Assembly: GCA_036620675.1 (NCBI GenBank)
Contig: JAZHEE010000002.1
Direction: 5' to 3' (one strand)
DNA from: Rosenbergiella sp. YN46
Lineage (GTDB): Bacteria; Pseudomonadota; Gammaproteobacteria; Enterobacterales; Enterobacteriaceae
Length of the DNA stretch: 32,000 nt
Shown here piece by piece: positions 18,235 through 25,029 of the stretch (within the stretch, counting starts at the first letter, position 1; each line of letters starts with the position of its first letter). The position numbers were made by a program, and so were the translations under genes. The notes under the pieces are model-generated. The model had not been told where the DNA came from. It ran no database searches and saw only the letters and a list, made by a program, of their open reading frames with translations.

Positions 18235-18515
18235 GACACGACTCCTGTAAGGAAACAGAGTTGAATCTCCAGACAGATAACCCGGACAGGACAGTAACGA
18301 GACAAGCCGTCAGGCCCTTCTTGAGTCACGCGCACCGGTGAGGAGATGCCTCGCATGAAGGCGCTTCCGGCAACCGACGGGTCCAGGGCAGGACACAAAA
18401 GGTCGATCGCTGTGTGAGTCAGGATGCGGGAAGGTCTTCACTGCATCAGTAATCACATCAATCTGGTTAAACGGCAAACGGAGTGATGATAAAAACTGAC
18501 ACCGGCATTATTACT
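18235..18515 (-). ncRNA. Candidate IS110 bridge (seeker) RNA region in the 5' non-coding end
   Basis: This is only positional inference: a GC-rich non-coding stretch between the IS end and the transposase ATG, where IS110-group elements encode their guide RNA. I have not folded it. Confidence 0.3.
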
Positions 18516-19127
18516 ATCGCTATGTACGATGACCTCGCCGTCCGGTTTTCGGCGCCAGACCGCCATCATCAGCGCGTCGAGCGCCAGTTCGCGTGAGAGG
18601 GTGGGTTTCATCGACCAGCCGACCACATTACGGGCGAAGAGATCGATAACCACCGCCAGATACAGCCAGCCCTGCCAGGTGCGGATATAAGTAATATCGG
18701 TGACCCAGACCTGGTTGGCCCGGACAACGGTGAACTGCCGCTGCACGCGATTAGGAGCAACGATTGAAGGCCTGCCAGCGATACGACGTGGCGCTTTATA
18801 GCCGCGCACGGCTTTAATCCGGTTCAGTTGCATGATCCGACCCACCCGGTTTTTACCGCAGGTTTCCCCGATTTCGTTCAGATCGCCATGAACCCGCCGG
18901 TAACCGTATACGCCTCCGCTCAGGGAATATGAGTCGCGGATAAGCATCAGCAGGCGCTGGTTATCTTTATCACGCGCCGAGACCGGGTTATGCAGCCACG
19001 CATAGAACCCGGCCCGGGGGACATTCAGTACCCGACACATTGTCATGACACCCCATACAGTGCGGTGCTCATTGATAAAGCGGTACTTCAGTCGGGCTCC
19101 CTTGCAAAGTACCGCGCGGCCTTTTTC
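18516..19127 (-). pseudogene. IS3-family transposase OrfB (DDE), truncated
   Basis: The -1 frame is open from the slippery site (..LKYRFINEHRTVWGVMTMCRVLNV..WVTDITYIRT..GWLYLAVVIDLF.R..VGWS). The tail after HSD is unrelated sequence ending at 18453. Confidence 0.8.
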
Positions 19128-19372
19128 AGGATATCCCGTTCTTCTTCGGTGCGTTTTAGCTGCGCCCGGAGTTTCAGGATCTCGCTTTTAGCTTCCAGTA
19201 AATCCCGGGCATGCTGCTCGCTGTTATCAGGTTTGATAGCCCGTAGCCACTTGTAGAGGCTGTGTGCAGAGACGCCCAGACGGTCAGATACTTCGGCGAC
19301 GGAATAACCGCGTTCCGTTATCTGACGGACGGCTTCTTCCTTAAATTCAGGTGTAAATCGTGGTGTGCCCAT
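19088..19372 (-). CDS. IS3-family transposase OrfA (HTH)
   Basis: 94 aa. FTPEFKEEAVRQI....SVAEVSDRLGVS..SLYKWL plus a leucine-zipper-like tail ending ILKKAARYFA. Confidence 0.9.
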   Translation of the reverse strand: MGTPRFTPEFKEEAVRQITERGYSVAEVSDRLGVSAHSLYKWLRAIKPDNSEQHARDLLEAKSEILKLRAQLKRTEEERDILKKAARYFAREPD

Positions 19373-19446
19373 ACGCTCCTCCTGTGCTCAAACTATAGGG
19401 CAGGATCGTCTACCGGGGCGGGGTCAGTCCAACGGTTACTGGCGCG

Positions 19447-19755
19447 TCAGTCGCTTTCATATTCCTTCAGAGACGAACTCACCTTTTCTCTTACGAGTTG
19501 CAGGAAACTGAGGGCATCAGTGCCCCATAAGTCAGGATCAAACTCCAGGTCGTAGCGTTTCCTGAACGCTTCTTCCGGATTGTCAGCACTTTCAAGGAAA
19601 AGATCAATATCAGCGATTAATCCATAGCGCATAGCGAAGTGGCTATCGGCGATAAATGCGTCAATTTTTGGTTCAATTTCATCACTGTCATCAATAAGAT
19701 CGTAATCCTGCCCGAAGTAAACAGTGATAAAGCAGTCAAACTCATTGAGGTTCAT
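19447..19755 (-). CDS. CdiI-like immunity protein, paralog 2
   Basis: 102 aa and acidic. The motif F..VYFGQDYDLIDDSDEIEPKIDAF is shared with the upstream paralog. Its start overlaps the stop of paralog 1 by 14 nt. Confidence 0.6.
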   Translation of the reverse strand: MNLNEFDCFITVYFGQDYDLIDDSDEIEPKIDAFIADSHFAMRYGLIADIDLFLESADNPEEAFRKRYDLEFDPDLWGTDALSFLQLVREKVSSSLKEYESD

Positions 19756-20059
19756 TATTCAGATCCTGCCGGACCTTTTCCCTTGCGAATTTCAGGAAGT
19801 CATGGGGGGTTGTGCCCCAAAGTTCTGGCACAAAATACTCGCCGTAAACATCATGGAACGTCCTGTCCAGGGCTTCACCTAAAGCCAGAAATTCATCAAT
19901 ATCATCAAGAAGCGCCAGCTGCATTGGTCGTCCGGAGTGTTTATTATAGGCATCGATCTTTGGCTGAATCTCTTCACTGTCGTCGATAAGGTCATAATCA
20001 TGACCGAAATAATTACAGATAAAATTATCCAGCTCCCGAGCCTTATCTTTAACAAACAT
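19742..20059 (-). CDS. CdiI-like immunity protein, paralog 1 (probable cognate immunity)
   Basis: 105 aa and acidic. F..NYFGHDYDLIDDSEEIQPKIDAY is the pattern I associate with contact-dependent-inhibition immunity families. The gene starts 23 nt after the toxin stop, with GGAG upstream. Confidence 0.6.
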   Translation of the reverse strand: MFVKDKARELDNFICNYFGHDYDLIDDSEEIQPKIDAYNKHSGRPMQLALLDDIDEFLALGEALDRTFHDVYGEYFVPELWGTTPHDFLKFAREKVRQDLNNEPQ

Positions 20060-20082
20060 AACTTACTCCATTGGCATTGAGG

Positions 20083-20901
20083 TTACGATGAAATAGGGCT
20101 TCCCGTTACGTTATATTCGGTAAGTTCCAGCCAGAGCTCAACGCGATAACATTTCCGAACTTCAGAACTACCCCTCTTTATGACAATGCCGGTTGGTTGA
20201 GCGAAGGTAGTGGAAAATTTTTTCCGCCAGGGGGTACCTTTGGGTTGATGACGCACGAACATTTCAATGGCATTTTTATGTTCTCTCAACACCTTTGTTG
20301 TCAGCCTTTCTGCTTCATCCAGATTTCTGAAAGAGCTTGCTGCGGGTAACCCGGGACGTCTTCCGAGCCTTGCCAGTAGCTCTTCTGGCGTTTTACCTAC
20401 GTGGCGTTCCAGCGTATGCCCACCAGGGTGCTTTCCGGTTGCTGACTCATGTATCGCCAGTTTTATCCTTCCGTTGCGAACGGCTGCAATACGGACGGCG
20501 CTGACGGCCAGTGCAAATCCCATAGGGATAGCGAGATCAACTGTCATTCCAACATGAGCAGCGGTCTGGCGATCGGCTCCCAGTCCTTCGGCCAGGGATA
20601 CAGCAGTATTGTAGGTATCGGTATTGATCTGCCTGCCGGTCCACATCTGGCGTACGGAAGCCTGTATGGCATCCAGGCTGTGGGTGCCTACGATGACACA
20701 ACCGGCTTTAGTGAGCATAGTGGGATCGGGGGCGACGCACATGACGCCTGCTCCAAACATTTCTGCCACGCCGCCTGCCAGCCCCAGACCTCCCCACAGA
20801 CGGTTACTGAGGGTTTCCCCCTCGCTGACGGATTTATCGGTCAGAACAGCGGCAAGCTGAACCGGGGAGAGGGCCATTCTGACCCCACCATCGTCTGTCA
20901 T
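20083..20901 (-). CDS. Polymorphic toxin: Gly-rich membrane-helix N-domain plus C-terminal bacterial RNase A-like (CdiA-CT type) domain
   Basis: 272 aa with GGGAG 9 nt upstream. The N-terminal half has Gly-zipper-like hydrophobic helices (LWGGLGLAGGVAEMFGAGVMCVA; DLAIPMGFALAVSAVRIAAV). The C-terminus GKHPGGHTLERHVGKTPEELLARL...FRNLDEAE resembles the RNase A-like CDI toxin family. An immunity-type gene follows. Confidence 0.65.
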   Translation of the reverse strand: MTDDGGVRMALSPVQLAAVLTDKSVSEGETLSNRLWGGLGLAGGVAEMFGAGVMCVAPDPTMLTKAGCVIVGTHSLDAIQASVRQMWTGRQINTDTYNTAVSLAEGLGADRQTAAHVGMTVDLAIPMGFALAVSAVRIAAVRNGRIKLAIHESATGKHPGGHTLERHVGKTPEELLARLGRRPGLPAASSFRNLDEAERLTTKVLREHKNAIEMFVRHQPKGTPWRKKFSTTFAQPTGIVIKRGSSEVRKCYRVELWLELTEYNVTGSPISS

Positions 20902-21053
20902 ATCAAGGACTCCCTGTTGTGCTTAAAAGGCTGGCACCATCATAACAGCCATAAGCATTAATTTTCATAATCGCAAAAAGAGTTTATCGCTGACCGTCCT
21001 TCTTGTCCTGCGCATTCTGTACGCACCTTTTTAATCCCCCTGTGGAGGTGTGT

Positions 21054-21401
21054 ATGAATCAACCCTGTCTGGCCCGGCGTCTGAGCGCTCGTATTCCGGG
21101 CATCACTGGCCTGCTGTTGCTGGCCGCTTTATCCGTATCAACGTCAGTCCGGGCTGCCGAGAAAGACGAACTGGCGTCGGCCCTGCGTCAGTTGGACCAG
21201 GTGCAGGCATCTCTGGAGCGGGCCCGCGTGGCTGCAGCCCAGGCTGATCCGGCAGAGCGTGGCCGCTTTTTCTTTGACTACCGACAGGCAACATCCGACC
21301 TGAACACGATTCGGGGCGGTGTTGAGCGCTATCTGGAACCTTCCCGGGCGCAGCCCCGGTCATCGCATATCGGCGGTCATTACCGCCGGGAGCGTCCCTG
21401 A
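21054..21401 (+). CDS. ICE protein, RAQPRD family (variant RAQPRS)
   Basis: Internal ATG at 21054 preceded by GGAGG. It has a signal peptide, ELASALRQLDQVQASLERA, and the signature SRAQPRS near the C-terminus. Confidence 0.7.
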   Translation: MNQPCLARRLSARIPGITGLLLLAALSVSTSVRAAEKDELASALRQLDQVQASLERARVAAAQADPAERGRFFFDYRQATSDLNTIRGGVERYLEPSRAQPRSSHIGGHYRRERP

Positions 21402-21637
21402 TGAATGCTGCGCAGTCCACGGCCTTTAAAGCCGGTTCAGGAGATATCGAAGTCAGCATTCTGCACCTGGTCTGTATCGGAGCGCTGCTGGCATTTCTGT
21501 TTCTCTGGACCGCCTGGGCGTTTGTGGATGTCTGGAGTGGCTGGAGTAACGAGAGAGTCCGCGATGCCGCACTGGTGCGCTTTGCCATCCGCGCGGTGCT
21601 GCTGTTGGTTATTTGCATCTGGATGTTCGCCAGCTGA
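21401..21637 (+). CDS. ICE small membrane protein (PFL_4701/TIGR03758-like)
   Basis: 78 aa with two TM helices. It is translationally coupled (TGATG) and in the expected position after the RAQPRD gene. Confidence 0.6.
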   Translation: MNAAQSTAFKAGSGDIEVSILHLVCIGALLAFLFLWTAWAFVDVWSGWSNERVRDAALVRFAIRAVLLLVICIWMFAS

Positions 21638-21668
21638 ACGCTGTTTTTAATTTTTTCAGGAGAAATAC

Positions 21669-22055
21669 ATGAATCAATCTCAGTCTGTTATTGCCCGGAT
21701 TCGTTGCGGTGCCGAGCGCGTTTTGGCCCGGGGGATGGCCCTGGCATTACTGGCCTGGCTGACCTGTCAGCCAGCACTGGCCGATCTGCCTACGGTTGAG
21801 CCGCCGCAATCCGGTGGAGGCAGTGGCCTGATGGGGCAGATTAAAGGATATCTGCAGGACGGTATTGTTCTGGTTGGTCTGGTGCTGGCAGCGGTTGCCT
21901 TTGTGAAGGTGGCTGAAGCGGGGTTGTCTACATACGCGGAAGTCCGCGATAAGAAAGCAACGTGGGGCCAGTTTGGCGCCATCGTAGTCGTAGGGGTGGT
22001 GTTGTTGGTCACTGTTATCTGGTTGGTGGGCAAGTCTGCCGACATCATTCTGTGA
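21669..22055 (+). CDS. ICE membrane/pilin-like protein (PFL_4702/TIGR03745-like)
   Basis: 128 aa with a long signal-like N-terminus, the ADLPTVE..P motif and two TM helices. The position is conserved in this ICE family. Confidence 0.6.
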   Translation: MNQSQSVIARIRCGAERVLARGMALALLAWLTCQPALADLPTVEPPQSGGGSGLMGQIKGYLQDGIVLVGLVLAAVAFVKVAEAGLSTYAEVRDKKATWGQFGAIVVVGVVLLVTVIWLVGKSADIIL

Positions 22056-22061
22056 GGCCAT

Positions 22062-22346
22062 ATGCAGACCATTCGCTTTATACCTGACCGTCTCAACAGT
22101 GAGCCTGTAGTGTTTCGCGGGTTTACCACTCCGGAGCTGGGGCTGGCTGCGCTGGCGGGTCTGGGGGCGGGTCTGCTCCTGTCGTTACCGTTCATTCCAC
22201 TTGCCGGCTGGGTCATTGTGCCCACCGGCATGCTGGTGATGCCGCTGCTGCTTATCTGGTCCGGAGGCCGGTGGCTCAGTCGCCTAAAGCGATTATTTTT
22301 TATCTCACTGTTGTTTCCCAGTTTAGTGGGGTTCATGGTGGGGTAG
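22062..22346 (+). pseudogene. ICE conjugative-transfer membrane protein (PFL_4703/TIGR03750-like), truncated after ~75 codons
   Basis: The N-terminus MQTIRFIPDRLNSEPVVFRGFT.PEL and TM helices fit the family. After ...GGRWLSRLKR the frame runs into unrelated (LysE-derived) DNA. Confidence 0.6.
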
Positions 22347-22525
22347 GAAACTACCTGGCCTTAGCATCCGTTCACATAGCGGTAATGAGTATCTGGCTCA
22401 TTGCTGTTAGTCGTACCTTGGTTTTCTCTGCCAAAAATACCGATCCTGTCATTCTTAAAAAATATGTGAATATAGCTGGGGGAGCCCTGCTTATTATTTT
22501 TTCACTACACAGTCTCACTCATTAA
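22271..22525 (+). pseudogene. LysE/RhtB-family amino-acid exporter, C-terminal fragment only
   Basis: SPKAIIFYLTVVSQF... plus the following TM helices match the second half of LysE-type translocators. The N-terminal half is absent and replaced by ICE DNA. Confidence 0.65.
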
Positions 22526-22679
22526 GTTCCGACAGCCACTCAATTTATCTTTATTTATGGCAGAAACAGCCGTTCCTGGCACGGAACAGACCATCTGACT
22601 GAACTGAAGATCCGCTGAGAGTGAGCAGCGGAAGTTGACTTCGCAATATAGCGACCAAGCTCTGAATTCGCTGAGAAGT

Positions 22680-23050
22680 CTGGTGGTTGCCAGAATATGC
22701 AGCCAACATGAGGCCGGTTATTCCTGATTATGACTGGAGCATATTCGGGCTCAGGGTCACATCATAAGCGACCTGGCGAGCATATAGCTCAGCACCTGGG
22801 TACGCCCCCTTTGGCAATTCAACTCCCGCACGCCTGAGTGCGGGAATTGAATGCCTCACAGGCCGGGAGAACAGCGCCCACGCCTTTTTGGGGATAATCG
22901 TTTTTGCCGCTGTTCAGAAATAAGCACGGTACGGTTCTTGCTGTTTTTGGCCTGAGTAAGGGTTAACCGCCCGGGCAGGAGCTTAGAACAGAGTCAGAAA
23001 GCGCTCGCTTTGCACTGACTTCAACTAAGCTGGCTCGATACCATCTGGTA
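22680..23050 (-). pseudogene. Degraded second copy of a P2/186-type integrase (C-terminal third, frameshifted, with stops)
   Basis: By-eye nucleotide and protein alignment to the intact int at 12380-13387. LLPGRLTLTQAKNSKNRTVLISEQ..K.L.PKRRG aligns with VLPGRITFTQTKSKKNRTVPISDQ..KLLPKKRG, then IPALRRAGVELPKG and a frameshifted RTQVL...MM. Confidence 0.75.
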
Positions 23051-23073
23051 TTTTTCCTGCTCTAAGTCTCTAT

Positions 23074-23334
23074 TTATTTACAACAACCGGTCACTATACT
23101 TGTCACACTCCCGGAGCTGATATTGATGATATTGCTTATCCCACATGATTGGTTTAAATCGACGTTGTCCATATTGTTTTTTATTGAATTCTCAATGGAT
23201 TGACCTAAGTTTGACAGGTCGGGCAGGTGCTTATTTATAGCGGCGTTGAGTTGTTTATTGAAATCAGCCATAAAACCATCAAGGAAGCCAGCACCAGAAA
23301 CTTCATTTACCTCGTAAGAATTTAATATACGCAT
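23074..23334 (-). CDS. Candidate class II microcin-like precursor (double-glycine-type leader)
   Basis: 86 aa with AAGGA 8 nt upstream, in an AT-rich locus. The N-terminus MRILNSYEVNEVSGA|G has the length and pattern of MccV/MccL/MccH47 leaders. The core is Asn/Ser-rich with three Cys near the C-terminus. Confidence 0.5.
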   Translation of the reverse strand: MRILNSYEVNEVSGAGFLDGFMADFNKQLNAAINKHLPDLSNLGQSIENSIKNNMDNVDLNQSCGISNIINISSGSVTSIVTGCCK

Positions 23335-23985
23335 TGATAATTCCTTTTATTGAATAAAATGTGATTTTTGTAAGATCAGCTGTTATAGCTATAACATTAT
23401 TATGCTAAATGTATTATTTTAAAATTGCAATAAGAATATTTATCTATTATTCTGCTCTAAGACGTATATACAACATCAGCCTGTCACTGGTCATTCCCGG
23501 TCTTGCCAGGTGATTCCGCTGTATACGCTGCCTGATGCGTGATAATAAGCTAATTTGGCGTGAGTGAAATTTATTTTCTCACTCTTGTGATTAGAGGGGG
23601 GCTTGCCAGTAATAATGTCCGGATGGTTTAATAATGTTGTCAGAAATATTGATATGCTTCTGGTGCATCGTACCGGAATTCACTCATAGATATTCCCTTT
23701 GAATCTTTCCAGAGACAGTGTCATTTCCCATACCGACCAGGTTGATATGCAGTGCCTGTTGATTCCTGCATTATTGCAGTCACACCGCAGGGTCTGGCTT
23801 CGTAAATGCCTGGTTCACCCTGCACCTGAATTCTGGATATTTCTTTAGCTTCCGTACCGCCGCCCGTTGTTTACTACTATGACGACCGGCTCTTCCTGAT
23901 TCGGGCTACTCTCTGGCGCTTTCAGCAGCCGCCCGGGTCTGCATTACCGGAACCCGGGCGTGCGCCATGTGGTAGGGAAGGGCCG

Positions 23986-24360
23986 TCACGCAGCTGGGTT
24001 AGCAGCGGGAATACTGTCCAGACTGTAATACACCGTAAGTCCTGACTCTGTCGCGATACGCACATCATTGTCGGCGCCTTTGGAATCTCCTGCGATACGT
24101 AGTACTGCATTGCATCGAGTAATCAGCCGGTGAGCTACCGGATAAAGAAACGCTTCGCTGATTTCATCGCCGATTTTTTTTGAACCAGCGGCTGCCGCCA
24201 GCGGAAAGGCCAACCACTCGCCAATCACCGGTATATGACCTTTCTGATAAACTGTCAGCGCAGCCTGTTCCATACGGGAAAGATTTTCATGGATCCGTTT
24301 TTCATCGCCGTGGGTACCGCTACGGACCGGGCCAGCAATCAGAATTAACTTACTGTTCAT
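23986..24360 (-). CDS. Small Rossmann-like protein (nucleoside 2-deoxyribosyltransferase-like / DUF4406-like, tentative)
   Basis: I chose the internal ATG at 24360 (MNSKLILIAGPVRSGT...), which overlaps the upstream Nudix gene by 11 nt. The family call is tentative. Confidence 0.5.
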   Translation of the reverse strand: MNSKLILIAGPVRSGTHGDEKRIHENLSRMEQAALTVYQKGHIPVIGEWLAFPLAAAAGSKKIGDEISEAFLYPVAHRLITRCNAVLRIAGDSKGADNDVRIATESGLTVYYSLDSIPAANPAA

Positions 24361-24952
24361 TAGTATTCTCCTGAGGGATATTAAGGGCCAGATACTGGAG
24401 CAGCATAATCGTTTTGGCATCCATAATTTCGCCGCTGGCGATAGCTTCAAGCGCGCGCTGCAATGGCCACTCCAGAACTTCGATATCTTCGCCTTCTTCC
24501 ACCAGCCCGCCGCCGCTACCGGTACGATCGCTATCACTGTATTCGGCGATAAAAAACCACAGCTTTTCAGTGACCGAACCGGGGCTCATAAAAGCGGTAA
24601 ATACCCGTTGAATACGGGTGATGCGAAATCCGGTCTCTTCCTGCGCTTCGGCGATAATGCGCTGTTCCGGCGAGGCGTTATCCAGCAAACCCGCTGCCGC
24701 TTCGATTAAAAAGCCATCGTGGCCGTTAAGATAGACCGGCATCCTGAACTGGCGGGTTAAAACCACGCTCTGCTTGCTACGATTGTAAAGCAAAACGACG
24801 GCCCCATTACCCCGATCATAGGCTTCCCGGCTTTGCTGCTGCCAACTGCCGTCTCTTCTGCGCAGTTCAAAGGTATATTTTTTCAGGGTATACCAGTCGT
24901 TGGAAAGTAACTCAGAGCGAATGTTCCTGATGGGGGAGCCGGTGGTTTTCAT
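24350..24952 (-). CDS. Nudix hydrolase, NudK (GDP-mannose pyrophosphatase)-like
   Basis: 200 aa with AGGAG 8 nt upstream. It is colinear with E. coli NudK (REAYDRGNGAVVLLYN...LIEAAAGLLD...EAQEETGF...MSPG.VTE...FFIAEYSD...GGG...EDIEVLE). Confidence 0.85.
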   Translation of the reverse strand: MKTTGSPIRNIRSELLSNDWYTLKKYTFELRRRDGSWQQQSREAYDRGNGAVVLLYNRSKQSVVLTRQFRMPVYLNGHDGFLIEAAAGLLDNASPEQRIIAEAQEETGFRITRIQRVFTAFMSPGSVTEKLWFFIAEYSDSDRTGSGGGLVEEGEDIEVLEWPLQRALEAIASGEIMDAKTIMLLQYLALNIPQENTNEQ

Positions 24953-25029
24953 TTAGGTTCTCCTGTTGATGACAGTGAACACGCTATCATGCATAATCGT
25001 GAACTATCAAGAATAATCATGCAGGTGAA

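Larger units (their letters stand above)
17155..18515 (-). mobile_element. IS110-family insertion sequence (boundaries approximate)
   Basis: DEDD-type transposase with almost no 3' flank and about 280 nt of 5' non-coding sequence. It is bounded by truncated dam on one side and truncated IS3 orfB on the other. Confidence 0.7.
18516..19426 (-). mobile_element. IS3-family element, 3'-truncated (orfA intact, orfB cut after ...VIVHSD)
   Basis: orfA and orfB lie in the 0 and -1 frames with an AAAAAG slippery run (19121-19126). The terminal sequence is TGACCCCGCCCC... on the minus strand, ending near 19426. Homology is lost at about 18516. Confidence 0.8.
21054..22285 (+). mobile_element. Fragment of a PFGI-1/ICEclc/ICEHin1056-type integrative conjugative element (four consecutive mating-pair-formation genes)
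   Basis: The canonical order RAQPRD-family, PFL_4701-like, PFL_4702-like, PFL_4703-like is present. Both ends are truncated, and no relaxase, ATPase or integrase is present. Confidence 0.7.

Noticed and set aside
18087-18398. 103-aa minus-strand ORF overlapping the 5' end of the IS110 transposase and its upstream region
   Set aside because: It is out of frame with the transposase and has no SD or recognisable family. The region is better explained as non-coding (structured RNA or promoter) sequence of the IS.
21103-22336. Minus-strand ORFs 21103-21618 (171 aa) and 21767-22336 (189 aa)
   Set aside because: They are antisense to the four co-oriented, translationally coupled ICE genes. Their Pro/Arg/Ser-rich composition marks them as shadow ORFs.
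23460-23985. Short broken reading frames on the minus strand (for example ...EEPVVIVVNNGRRYGS / AKEISRIQVQGEPGIYEARPCGVTAIMQESTGTAYQPGRYGK)
   Set aside because: This looks like the decayed remains of a gene, but the pieces are under 45 codons, interrupted by stops and frameshifts, and I cannot assign a family. It is too weak to annotate.
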